A stretch of 56,528 bases of DNA, taken from positions 1 through 56,528 of the IMG/VR virus record IMGVR_UViG_3300033153_005235. The stretch is one strand, 5' to 3'. Positions 34,277 through 43,950 of this stretch are shown piece after piece. Both the position numbers and the translations under genes were made by a program. Positions within the stretch are counted from its first letter, which is position 1, and the number at the start of each line of letters is the position of its first letter. Origin of the DNA: a virus. Lineage: Duplodnaviria; Caudoviricetes. Under the pieces are notes generated by a model, which did not search any database, had not been told where the DNA came from, and saw only the letters and a program-made list of their open reading frames with translations.

Positions 34277-34642
34277 ATGGACTGTGCTAACGTTAAAGAT
34301 CTCTGCTCTTTCTTTGCTGGAGATACATTGAATTATGGATTTTCAGTTAAGAAGTTGGATGGAAGTGTTATAGATATTTCAGGTATGACATTGGTGTTTA
34401 GTGTTAAACTTAATAAGAATGACGCTGACAGGGCTGTTAATAATATGCAGGTTAGTATCGTTCTGCCTAGTGATGGTGATAGTCAGGATGGTATAGGTTC
34501 TATGTTTGTTTCTGGAAAAGATACTAGTAGATTGCTAAATAACAGGTGGTATCATTTTAGTTTTAGATTAGTTAATAGTGGTAATGGTTATGTTGTTGGG
34601 TCTGGGAAGGTATTTGTAAAGCAGAGAGTTAGTATATCATGA
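34277..34642 (+). CDS. structural protein (BppU-like beta sandwich)
   Basis: F.GDT......DG..IDISG.T..F.VK pattern. Confidence 0.6.
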   Translation: MDCANVKDLCSFFAGDTLNYGFSVKKLDGSVIDISGMTLVFSVKLNKNDADRAVNNMQVSIVLPSDGDSQDGIGSMFVSGKDTSRLLNNRWYHFSFRLVNSGNGYVVGSGKVFVKQRVSIS

Positions 34643-34779
34643 GTGATTTAAACAGTAATGTTATAGAGTTTGTAAGTGGAGAGGCTGATATTGTTTTCAC
34701 AGTTACGGATAACAATGCTGATATTGTATTTAATATTACCGTTATAGATATGTTTGACACGCCTCAAGAGGAGGGTTAG
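34639..34779 (+). CDS. 46-aa hypothetical protein
   Basis: ATGA-coupled; fills the gap to the portal gene; ADIVF repeat. Confidence 0.45.
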   Translation: MSDLNSNVIEFVSGEADIVFTVTDNNADIVFNITVIDMFDTPQEEG

Positions 34780-34781
34780 TT

Positions 34782-36746
34782 ATGGGATCAGTTAAGTTTA
34801 CTAAGTGGGACAATGAGCCAACGCTTGAAGATTTAAAAGCAGATTTGGAAGAAGCACAAAGTGCTCATAACTCACATACAACTGATGTTGATAATTGGCT
34901 TAAAGCGTATAATGGTGAGCAAATAGTTAAAACAAAAGTTGGTCGTAGTAAGATAGTTCCAAAGGTTATTAGAAAACAAGCTGAGTGGAGATATCCTGGT
35001 TTAAGTGAACCATTTCTCAGTACTACCGATTTGTTTAACGTTGCTCCAAATACATTCGAAGATAAACAAAGTGCTATACAAAATGCACAGGTTCTGAATT
35101 ATCAATTCAATCATCAGATCAATAAAGTTAGATTTATTGACGAATATGTCAGGGCTCCCACAGATGAAGGTACAGTTGTAGTTGAATTGGGTTGGGAGAG
35201 CGAAGAGAAGGAAATGGATGTGGAAGTTCCTGAGATTGGAATTGATCCACAAACTGGTCAGCAAGTTCAGATTGGAGTTAATATTGAACGTAAGGTTGTG
35301 TTTGTTAAGAATCAACCTACATTAGAGGTTTGTGATTATAACAATACGATTATTGATCCAACCTGTGAAGGAGATATTGATAGGGCTGAGTTTGTTATCA
35401 GGAGTTCAGAGACAAGTAAGAGTGCTCTTAGGAAAGATGGTAGATATAAGAATATTGATGACATAGTAATAGATACTTCTGATAGTTTGAGTGATGCTGA
35501 ATTTAACTCTCAAGACGATAGTAGTTTTGAGTTTAAAGATGAAGCTAGGAAGAAGTTCGTAATGTATCGATACTTTGGTTACTGGGACATTGATGGGAAC
35601 GGTGAAACTAAACCTATAGTTGCAGCATGGGTTGGTAGTACAGTTATCAGGATGGAAGAGAGTCCATTCAGTGACGGTAAACTTCCTTTTGTTTTGGTTC
35701 AATTATTGCCGAAAAGAAAGAAAGTTTACGGTGAGCCTGACGGTGCATTAATAGAAGATAATCAGAAGGTTATTGGTGCTGTTACCAGGGGTATGTTGGA
35801 TATAATGGGTAGGAGTGCCAATGGTCAAGTTGGTAGTAGGAAGGATGCTCTTGATCCAGTGAATAAAAGAAAGTATGAGAGGGGTGAGGATTATCGTTTT
35901 AATGCTAACGTTGATCCAAAGCAAGCATTTCACATGGGTACGTATCCAGAGATTCCAAGAAGTGCTATGGAAATCATTGGAATGCAGAACAATGAAGCTG
36001 ATAGTTTGACTGGTATAAAAGCGTTTAACGATGGTATTAGCGGCAATTCTCTTGGTAATAGTGTTGGAGGTGCAAGACTTGCTACCGACGCTACAGCGAA
36101 GCGTGAACTAGGTATATTGAGAAGGTTAGCTAATGGTATAGTTCAGATTGGTCGGAAAATTATTAGCATGAACCAAGAGTTTTTGAGTGATGAAGAGATT
36201 ATCCGGATTACCGATGAAGAGTTTGTTGCAATTAGTAGGGATGATTTAGCTGGTGAGTTTGATGTAACTCTTAGTATTAGTACCCCGGAAGCTGATAATG
36301 AAAAAGCTGCTGGGTTAGAATTTATGTTGCAGACTGCAGGCAATACAATGCCGTTTGAGTTTAAACAAATTATCCTGGCAGATATTGCAAGGTTGAAAAA
36401 ACAACCAGAATTGAGTAAGAGAATATCAGAGTATCAACCACAACCAGATCCTATAGCTCAAAAGAAAGGTGAGTTGGAAATTGCATTACTTGAGGCGCAA
36501 GTGTATAATGAGCAAGCTAAAGGTCAGGAAAATGTTGCAGATATAGATCTTAAGAATGCTAAGACTAGGAAGCTTGAAAGTGAAAGTGATAACGAAGATC
36601 TTAAGTTTGTGGAACAGGAAAGCGGTACGAACCATGTCAGGAATATGGAAGAAGAAGATAATAAGCAGAAGAATAAGAATATAGATAGGGTAGTAGACTC
36701 AATGGTTAAAGATGAGCAAAGTACTCAACAATCACAAACTAATTAA
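34782..36746 (+). CDS. portal protein (N4 gp59-like)
   Basis: W.NEP....LK.D, GRS...PK.IRKQAEWRY..LSEPFL, A.TRGM.D.MGRSANGQ, KRELGILRRLA. Confidence 0.93.
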   Translation: MGSVKFTKWDNEPTLEDLKADLEEAQSAHNSHTTDVDNWLKAYNGEQIVKTKVGRSKIVPKVIRKQAEWRYPGLSEPFLSTTDLFNVAPNTFEDKQSAIQNAQVLNYQFNHQINKVRFIDEYVRAPTDEGTVVVELGWESEEKEMDVEVPEIGIDPQTGQQVQIGVNIERKVVFVKNQPTLEVCDYNNTIIDPTCEGDIDRAEFVIRSSETSKSALRKDGRYKNIDDIVIDTSDSLSDAEFNSQDDSSFEFKDEARKKFVMYRYFGYWDIDGNGETKPIVAAWVGSTVIRMEESPFSDGKLPFVLVQLLPKRKKVYGEPDGALIEDNQKVIGAVTRGMLDIMGRSANGQVGSRKDALDPVNKRKYERGEDYRFNANVDPKQAFHMGTYPEIPRSAMEIIGMQNNEADSLTGIKAFNDGISGNSLGNSVGGARLATDATAKRELGILRRLANGIVQIGRKIISMNQEFLSDEEIIRITDEEFVAISRDDLAGEFDVTLSISTPEADNEKAAGLEFMLQTAGNTMPFEFKQIILADIARLKKQPELSKRISEYQPQPDPIAQKKGELEIALLEAQVYNEQAKGQENVADIDLKNAKTRKLESESDNEDLKFVEQESGTNHVRNMEEEDNKQKNKNIDRVVDSMVKDEQSTQQSQTN

Positions 36747-36764
36747 ACTGGGAGTTAGTAGTTA

Positions 36765-37100
36765 ATGAAAATGAACGAAATGGACGAAATTCGTATTACT
36801 GTAGAAGAAGCTGAAACAGTTATCGATCTTAAGAATAAGGTTGCTAAGCTTGTCGAGATTCCATTGTTTACAGAAGTTGTTGGTAAAAGATACTTCGAAC
36901 AGGAGTCGGTTAGGTTGGTTGCTCTGATGGCTGATGATGAACTTGGTGATGACGTTAAGTTAAAGTTTCAGAAGATGATGTACGGAATAGCTTATTTCCA
37001 ACAGTGGTTAAGATTCAAAATCCTTGAAGGTGAAGAGATGGAACAGTATCTCATTGACGCTAAAGAGGAAATGGATCGTACAGATACGGAGGTTAATTAA
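36765..37100 (+). CDS. N4-like conserved protein between portal and scaffold
   Basis: F..V....YF..E..RLV motif; N4 synteny. Confidence 0.75.
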   Translation: MKMNEMDEIRITVEEAETVIDLKNKVAKLVEIPLFTEVVGKRYFEQESVRLVALMADDELGDDVKLKFQKMMYGIAYFQQWLRFKILEGEEMEQYLIDAKEEMDRTDTEVN

Positions 37101-38254
37101 TGGGTATTGATAACCTTGAAACATTGAGTGATGAAGAGTTTATTAACGCTACAGAAGCTGATACACTTATAAGTGAACCAGTTGTTGATAGTGATAATAT
37201 GGAAGATGAACCTGTAGATACTTCGAATGAAAATGATGTTGATCCGGAAGAGGACACTCTCGATGATAACCAATCAGATGAAAACGAAGATGAAGCAGAT
37301 GAGGATAGTGATACCGATATCGATGATGATGATAGTGATGATGATGATAACGGTAAAGAAGGTGAGGATGATGCAGCCGAAGACACAGACGATCCTGATG
37401 GGGATAGTGAAACCGATGGTGCCGATGATCCAATAGACTTTGAAGCTGTTCATAAGGAGATGTTCGAGCCATTCACGGCCAATGGTAAAGAAGTTTCGAT
37501 TGATAATGTAGCAGATGCCAGACAATTAATGCAGAAGGGACTTGGTTTCCAGAAGCATATGGCTGGACTGAAGCCACATTTAAAAATTATTAAGAGTTTG
37601 AAGGATAATGATCTTCTTGATGTTGAGAAGATTAATAACTTGATTGACCTTAGTAAAAACAATCCGGAAGCTATTGCTAAGCTGGTGAAAGATGCTGGGA
37701 TAAATCCACTTGATATCGACACTGCGGATGGCGATAAGTATAAGCCAAACAATTATGAAGTTAGTGACTCTGAGTTCGACTTGACTCAAGCTATTGATGC
37801 GATTAAAGGTAACGAAAGTTACGATAGATCTATCGATATTATGGGTAAGCAATGGGACAACAATAGTCGTAAAATCATAAGTGAAAATCCAGAGGTCGTT
37901 GCGATTATAGATCAACACATTCAAGATGGTGTGTTTGATAAAGTACAAGGCTTTGTTGATAAGGAAATAGCTCTTGGTCGAATGACCGGGATGTCTAATA
38001 TTGAAGCTTATCGAGAAGGTGTCAGTGTACTTACAAAGAATGGGACTCTCAGCCAAGGCGATAATAGCCAGGAAAGTGATAGTAAGAAAGCTGAAAAGAA
38101 TCCACTTAAAACTGAAGCTAAAAAAAAGCAGGAAGCTATACGTAAAAAGAAACGTAAAGCTGCTGCTCCAAGTAAAAGCAAACCAAAAGTTAAGAAATCT
38201 GAAGACAATTACGATAGTATGAGTGATGAAGAGTTTTTAGCAGCGGTTAGCTAA
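37100..38254 (+). CDS. capsid scaffold (N4 gp57-like)
   Basis: Acidic N-terminus, PF.ANGK, LMQ.G, LIDL...NPEAI.KL.KD.GI.PLD.D, terminal MSDEEF. Confidence 0.85.
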   Translation: MGIDNLETLSDEEFINATEADTLISEPVVDSDNMEDEPVDTSNENDVDPEEDTLDDNQSDENEDEADEDSDTDIDDDDSDDDDNGKEGEDDAAEDTDDPDGDSETDGADDPIDFEAVHKEMFEPFTANGKEVSIDNVADARQLMQKGLGFQKHMAGLKPHLKIIKSLKDNDLLDVEKINNLIDLSKNNPEAIAKLVKDAGINPLDIDTADGDKYKPNNYEVSDSEFDLTQAIDAIKGNESYDRSIDIMGKQWDNNSRKIISENPEVVAIIDQHIQDGVFDKVQGFVDKEIALGRMTGMSNIEAYREGVSVLTKNGTLSQGDNSQESDSKKAEKNPLKTEAKKKQEAIRKKKRKAAAPSKSKPKVKKSEDNYDSMSDEEFLAAVS

Positions 38255-38276
38255 GGAAAAAATAAGGTAATATATT

Positions 38277-39635
38277 ATGGCTATTTATAATGATCCGGTC
38301 AATGGGCTGAAATCTAGTGTTGATGTTGGTGTTCCAGAAGGTGAGCAGTTTAACCTGTTCAAGTGGCAGCGTAAGAGTCTTATTGCTATTCGTAATCGCC
38401 AGGTGTTTCAACAGTTGGCAGATACTAGCGTGATGCCTAAGCATCATGGTAAGACTATTAAGAAGTATGAGTACATTCCAATTCTCGATGATCGTAATAT
38501 CAATGACCAGGGACTTGATGCTGCAGGTGCTACCCTGATTATGGGTAAATGGCACGTATTTACTGCAGATAATCTTTTGGTTCCAGATGGTACTATGACT
38601 GGTAATGCTGCAGGTTATGCCGACAAAGCTACTGCCTATGGTACTTCTGGTTATGATGGCGCTACGATGGTTGCAATGCAGGGTGGAATGTCTCTGTATG
38701 GTGGATCTAAGGATGTTGGTACTATTGCTAAACGTCTGCCGGCTCTCACTGAAGAAGGTGGCATGGTCAATAGAATTGGACATTCTCGTACTACCATTGA
38801 GGGTTCTATCGTAGAGCAAGGTTTCTTTAGTACTTATACTAAAGATTCTATTCAGTTTGATACTGACGATCAACTTCTTGATCATATTATGACTGAAAGT
38901 TTGGTTGCTGCTAATGAGTTGGTTGAAGATAATATTCAACTTGATCTGCTTGGCGCTGCTGGTATTAGTCTGTTTGCAGGTGGTGTAACTACTATTGCAA
39001 CAATCGATGGTAACGCTGCTGCTGATTGTATCGTAGATTATAAAGATCTGCTGAAGATGAATATTACTCTTGACGACAATAAGTGTCCAAAGAGTACTAA
39101 GCTTATCGCTGGTTCTCGCATGATCGATACCAAGACAGTTAACGCTGCTCGGTATTGTTATGTTGGATCAGAGTTACTTCAGACTCTTGAAGGTATGGTA
39201 GATCTTCATAGTGCCGCTGCATGGAAGAGTGTAGAAACTTACGCTCAGGCTGGTAATGTTGCAGTTGGTGAGGAAGGTGCAATTGGTCGTACTCGGTTTA
39301 TAGTTAATCCCGAAATGATGCGTTGGGAAGGTGGTGGAGCTGCTGCTGCAGCCAATGATCAAAACTGTGCGATTACCGATGTAGAAGGTACGGACCATTT
39401 TGATGTAGCACCAATGCTGTTTGTTGGTTCCGGTAGTTTCTCTACCATTAGTTTTCATAGTTCAGGTAAGTCTGTGAAGTTTAGTATCATTCATAAGAAG
39501 CCTGGTGTTGAAACTGCTGATGCATACAACGATCCATATGGTAAGAAAGGATTCTATTCTCTTTCTTTCTGGTACGGTACACTGATCATGCGTCCAGAAT
39601 GGATTGGTCTTATTTATACTGCTATCGAAGAATAG
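38277..39635 (+). CDS. major capsid protein (N4 gp56-like)
   Basis: MPKH.GKTIK.Y.YIP.LDDRN.NDQG.DA.G, LP.LTE.GG.VNR.G, DPYG..GF.S..FWYG....RPE. Confidence 0.95.
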   Translation: MAIYNDPVNGLKSSVDVGVPEGEQFNLFKWQRKSLIAIRNRQVFQQLADTSVMPKHHGKTIKKYEYIPILDDRNINDQGLDAAGATLIMGKWHVFTADNLLVPDGTMTGNAAGYADKATAYGTSGYDGATMVAMQGGMSLYGGSKDVGTIAKRLPALTEEGGMVNRIGHSRTTIEGSIVEQGFFSTYTKDSIQFDTDDQLLDHIMTESLVAANELVEDNIQLDLLGAAGISLFAGGVTTIATIDGNAAADCIVDYKDLLKMNITLDDNKCPKSTKLIAGSRMIDTKTVNAARYCYVGSELLQTLEGMVDLHSAAAWKSVETYAQAGNVAVGEEGAIGRTRFIVNPEMMRWEGGGAAAAANDQNCAITDVEGTDHFDVAPMLFVGSGSFSTISFHSSGKSVKFSIIHKKPGVETADAYNDPYGKKGFYSLSFWYGTLIMRPEWIGLIYTAIEE

Positions 39636-39660
39636 TAATTAGTAGATAGTTTTTGATAAT

Positions 39661-39692
39661 ACTCCCCGGGGAAACCTGGGGAGTTTACTTTT
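39661..39692 (+). terminator. intrinsic terminator after MCP
   Basis: ACTCCCCGGG-GAAA-CCTGGGGAGT followed by TTACTTTT. Confidence 0.85.
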
Positions 39693-39710
39693 AATTCAAT
39701 AGAGGAAACA

Positions 39711-40277
39711 ATGGATTCAAAAAGAGATGAATTGATGGAAGAAGCTAAAGGTCTTGGTCTGACACCCCATCATGCAACAGGAGAACTTAAATTGCAGGAA
39801 ATGATTAACGAAGAACTTGGTAAAGGTGAAAGTGAAGTTATAGTTAAGGTTGACGAAGTTGTTAAAGGTGACGACAAGGTTACCACTGAGATCAAGCCTA
39901 AGATTGAAACTAAGCTTCAAAGAACTAAACGACTTAGAGACGAACAACGTAAATTGATTCGAGTAGTTGTCAGATGTAATAATAGCAAGAAAAAAGAATG
40001 GCAAGGTGAAACTGTTAGTGTTATTTGCGCTGCAGGCACACTGAAGAAATGGGTTCCATTTGACAATGAAGAAGGTTGGCATGTTCCACAAGCTATTCTT
40101 GACGTTATGGGAGCTAAGTATTGCCAGAAGTTTAAGAAAACTAAACTTAAAAATGGTCAAGAACATAATACTAGTTTCACTGTTAAAGAATTTACAATTG
40201 AAATACTCAAACCACTCACGAAAGCACAGCTTAAAAAGCTTGCTGCAGATCAGTCTGCCAGAGGGAGCATAGATTAG
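39711..40277 (+). CDS. N4 gp55-like protein
   Basis: KL.RV...C.N..KK...GE, K.VPF....GWH.P, F.IE.L.PLT..L..LA..Q. Confidence 0.8.
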   Translation: MDSKRDELMEEAKGLGLTPHHATGELKLQEMINEELGKGESEVIVKVDEVVKGDDKVTTEIKPKIETKLQRTKRLRDEQRKLIRVVVRCNNSKKKEWQGETVSVICAAGTLKKWVPFDNEEGWHVPQAILDVMGAKYCQKFKKTKLKNGQEHNTSFTVKEFTIEILKPLTKAQLKKLAADQSARGSID

Positions 40278-40279
40278 AA

Positions 40280-41053
40280 ATGATAATCCTATCCGAAGAA
40301 ATTACATCAGCAGATAAACTGAATACTAGTACCGATGGACGATATACAGTTCACGGTGATGGTATGTTTGACGACCTAATGGAAGCTGTGAATATTCAGT
40401 TAGGTGCTCAATTTGATTTGGGTAGGATTACTGGTTCTGATTATGCTAAAGTTTATCTGTCTGCTATGCAAGCTGCTATGCAGAACGCTGTACAGTACGT
40501 GCTGACAAGACAGGAGGCAGATAAGAAGGCTGACTTGCTTGATAAGCAAATATTGAGTGAGGTGGCTAATACACTGCTCATTGAAGCCCAAACTAGACTT
40601 ACCGAAGCTCAGAAGGAAACTGAAGAGGTTAGGGAGGAGAACGTTGAAGCCGATACTGCTCTTAAAGGTTCTCAGAAGTTAAATGTAGAAGCAGATACCA
40701 ATCTTAAAGAAGCTGATATCGATCTGAAAGTTGAACAACTTGCTTTAACACAAGAACAGATTGAAAAAATTACTGCTGAAAAAGAATTGCTTGCCCAGAA
40801 AAAAGTCACAGAGCAAGCTCAAACTCAATCAGGTGTAGCAGATGCAGACTCAGTTCTTGGTAAACAAATTGCATTGTACGATGAACAATCTAAAGGATTC
40901 TTTTGGAACGCTAAGAAGAATTGGAGTAAACTTACAGTTGATGCTGCAAGTGTTGATGCTAGTCAAGGTGAAGGATTTACCGATGCGTTGACAAATAGTG
41001 CTAGTGATAGGGCTGCTGCTGAACCTGTTGAAAGCGGTGGTACTGTAAGTTAA
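40280..41053 (+). CDS. N4 gp54-like virion protein
   Basis: G.G.FD.LM......L...F..GRITG..YAK.Y, TEQAQT, GKQ..LY..Q..GF. Confidence 0.8.
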   Translation: MIILSEEITSADKLNTSTDGRYTVHGDGMFDDLMEAVNIQLGAQFDLGRITGSDYAKVYLSAMQAAMQNAVQYVLTRQEADKKADLLDKQILSEVANTLLIEAQTRLTEAQKETEEVREENVEADTALKGSQKLNVEADTNLKEADIDLKVEQLALTQEQIEKITAEKELLAQKKVTEQAQTQSGVADADSVLGKQIALYDEQSKGFFWNAKKNWSKLTVDAASVDASQGEGFTDALTNSASDRAAAEPVESGGTVS

Positions 41054-41076
41054 GTAATTTTTACTGGTGACTGGTT

Positions 41077-43518
41077 ATGGGCTTAGTTTCTGATATAATA
41101 AAAACGTTTGAAGTCTACAACCAGCCACTGTTCGCATATCCCGATACCGGTGATATGAGCTATGCAATTCTGTATGGCATCTTGCACGACGAAGATCAGT
41201 CTGTTCATATGAAAAGACGTATGATTAGTGGCATGAACATGGGACATCTTCGTAGATTTAACAGAAGACTGGATAATGAGTATCCTTATGGCTATCCTGC
41301 TGTAGAAACAAATATTAATGTAGAAGTTACTAGTGAGATACAAGCAATAATTGACTCGACATTTGGGGTTCCAATGTCTGTCGGGTATGTACACGCTGGG
41401 AATCTTACAGATTTTGATTGGATAATATATTGCCTTAGTACGTTGTATAAGGTGCAATCTGATTTCATATACTTTGCAGATTATAGTGAGGGTTGTTTAA
41501 ATTCGAACACTGTTCAATTACCAGATCCAAGAGATCCTGTAGATTATATCTTCGGTACTATAGTTGGAGCATACTATGAGTGGGGTGGAACTCCATATGT
41601 AAGAGTTGAATATGTTCTAGGTGGAGATACCCCAACAACGATTCAACAAATATTTGAGATAGATGTTCCAAGTAAACCTAGTGGTCAATATTATATCGGA
41701 AGTTGTGAAAGTTGTGTTGGATTAGAGTGGATGTATCGTATTTGGTTCTACGATGTTGACGATGGTACATATCCAGACCTCGACTTGCCAGATATGTTCT
41801 ATGGGTCGGAAGTTGGGTTCACGGAGTGTTTCCCTGCGGTTCCAGTTAGAATTAGGAACGTTAACTTTAATGATCCAGCGTCAGATCTTGATGAAGATGA
41901 GATTAAGAAATTATTAAGGATATTTGGAATTAAACCTGATGTGATGATTGATGAGGTTATGTCGTCACCAGAAGTTACTGATCCAGATCAAATGGACAAC
42001 GTGTTTTCAAACTTTGGAGTTAGGGTTTGGGATGAGAGTGAAGCTGGTCGTCAGTACCTCTATACGTTCTTCTCTGAGGTGCTGACGTATTTTGTGGCTG
42101 CTGGTGCTGACGAGAACCAAACAGAGTGTATAGAGACTCTAGTGGACGTTCCTGATGATGAAGGTGCTACTATCTTTGCTCAACCATGTAGCTCGATTAC
42201 AGTTGATACTGAACATACTTTATGCAAGACTTATTTCTCGTCCATAGTTAATACGTTTTATACAATGGCTGAGGTTGATGCCAGCGCTGAGTTGAGTGCA
42301 ATATATTATTCTGATACTGGTAAGTTTCATTCTAGTAGTGGTGAATTTTTAAGACCTGCTGGTTATACTGCCATGAGGCAATGGGAAGTTGAAGCATGGT
42401 TGAACGGTGGTGGTACAAGAAGTCATAGGCAAATACCTCCAGGTGATGATGGTTGGGACCACTTGAAACCTGCAGTTAGAATTAGTGACTGGCCTGGTGT
42501 TATCTACAATCCTGATGGGAGTGTATCCAGTACTGATGAGTTAATACCAGAGACTGTATATGAGAAACATTTGGGTGCTATAAAGATGATAGCGCCTGAG
42601 CCAGAAGAAGATGTCCGGGAGATTACTTATTATGCAATACTTCCAACTGGATTAGATGCTATTACTGTTTACGGTATCGGTGGACAGGTATTTGTATCTG
42701 ACACTGAATATCCTCAATTTAGCAGATATGTGCAGCTTAAAAGCAATAATACCAACCAGCTTACAGTTCCATTTATGTTCGGCATAGTTGAGAACATTTA
42801 TGATGATGGGCAGATGCATGATAAGGTCGATGCCTTGGTTTGTAGTATGCATATGAGTATATATGTAGCCAACGTTGAGTATGTAAGCATTCCATGGTGG
42901 ATGGTTATAGTTAAGGTGATTATGTTTATCGTTATCATTATTGTTGCCATATATTGCCAAGCTTGTCTTCCGTTTTTCACACAACTGGTTGGTACTCAGG
43001 TAGCAATATTTGAAGCAATATTGTATGCAACGATGATGTACTACATAGCGTCAACTATATTTAAAATATTAAGTTCAATAAATCCATGGTTATCGATTGC
43101 CTCCAGTGTAATAATGGCACTGTATGGGTCGTACAGTTCCGGTGCATTAAGTTTGGCCAATTTATCAGCTATGACATTACCACAAATGTTAAGTATGATA
43201 ATGAACATAATGAGCCAAGCTATTAAAGTTGCTACAACATTTATGTCTGAAGATAATAAAGATGAATTCAATCTGATACAAGATAGTTATATTGAAGAGA
43301 TTAATGAACTAAGAATGTTAGATGGTGGCAATGATTACAGTAAGTACTCAGATACTGTGTTAAATGCATTGTATGGTGAAAATACAGTTACAGTCATAGC
43401 TCCAATAGATCCGGAAGCATATTTCAATAAAGTTGAAGAGTTTGCAAATATAGGTTTTAGTTTGTATGATGTTGATAGTTTTTATAGTGAGAATAATATG
43501 ATGCCAGGAATGGCTTAA
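41077..43518 (+). CDS. N4 gp53-like virion protein with C-terminal hydrophobic segments
   Basis: 813 aa, FP.VP.R, D......FGV, C-terminal TM region; N4 synteny. Confidence 0.75.
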   Translation: MGLVSDIIKTFEVYNQPLFAYPDTGDMSYAILYGILHDEDQSVHMKRRMISGMNMGHLRRFNRRLDNEYPYGYPAVETNINVEVTSEIQAIIDSTFGVPMSVGYVHAGNLTDFDWIIYCLSTLYKVQSDFIYFADYSEGCLNSNTVQLPDPRDPVDYIFGTIVGAYYEWGGTPYVRVEYVLGGDTPTTIQQIFEIDVPSKPSGQYYIGSCESCVGLEWMYRIWFYDVDDGTYPDLDLPDMFYGSEVGFTECFPAVPVRIRNVNFNDPASDLDEDEIKKLLRIFGIKPDVMIDEVMSSPEVTDPDQMDNVFSNFGVRVWDESEAGRQYLYTFFSEVLTYFVAAGADENQTECIETLVDVPDDEGATIFAQPCSSITVDTEHTLCKTYFSSIVNTFYTMAEVDASAELSAIYYSDTGKFHSSSGEFLRPAGYTAMRQWEVEAWLNGGGTRSHRQIPPGDDGWDHLKPAVRISDWPGVIYNPDGSVSSTDELIPETVYEKHLGAIKMIAPEPEEDVREITYYAILPTGLDAITVYGIGGQVFVSDTEYPQFSRYVQLKSNNTNQLTVPFMFGIVENIYDDGQMHDKVDALVCSMHMSIYVANVEYVSIPWWMVIVKVIMFIVIIIVAIYCQACLPFFTQLVGTQVAIFEAILYATMMYYIASTIFKILSSINPWLSIASSVIMALYGSYSSGALSLANLSAMTLPQMLSMIMNIMSQAIKVATTFMSEDNKDEFNLIQDSYIEEINELRMLDGGNDYSKYSDTVLNALYGENTVTVIAPIDPEAYFNKVEEFANIGFSLYDVDSFYSENNMMPGMA

Positions 43519-43528
43519 TTCAATAAAG

Positions 43529-43927
43529 GTGATAAAAATGGCAAACGATACTTACGGAAATTTAGGTATTGGAAATCCTGGTTCATACGGTGGAACAAAC
43601 GCTTCATGGTTAACCCAAGACCCAACTCAAATGGCACAACCTGCTGCTCAAAATCAAGGTTTCTTTGGAGATCTTGATATGAAAGGTATTGGTTCAGGAT
43701 TACAAGGGTTAGCCGGTGTTGGGCAAGTTGGACTGGGGATTGCTAATTACTTTCAGAATAAAAGTAATTTTAAAGATATGATGAATTTACAACTTGCTAA
43801 TTTTGATGAGCAAAAGAAATCTGCAGCACTTAATGCAAGCCTTGAACAAGATAGATTAGGTAGACGTAAAGGTGGTAGTTCTAGTGCAAGATCAAGAGAA
43901 TTGTTTGATAAAGTAGCTACTGTTTAA
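43529..43927 (+). CDS. N4 gp52-like ejection protein
   Basis: Small Gly-rich amphipathic protein two genes before vRNAP. Confidence 0.7.
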   Translation: MIKMANDTYGNLGIGNPGSYGGTNASWLTQDPTQMAQPAAQNQGFFGDLDMKGIGSGLQGLAGVGQVGLGIANYFQNKSNFKDMMNLQLANFDEQKKSAALNASLEQDRLGRRKGGSSSARSRELFDKVATV

Positions 43928-43950
43928 TTAGATATAACTGAGGTTCAATC

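Noticed and set aside
37180-37440. GAT/GAA-rich low-complexity tract and overlapping His-rich or Ser-rich antisense ORFs
   Set aside because: Explained by the acidic N-terminus of the scaffold protein; the shadow ORFs are artefacts
37100-38254. Tape-measure protein label often given to N4 gp57 homologues
   Set aside because: Podovirus-type genome; position before MCP and acidic/basic composition fit a scaffold
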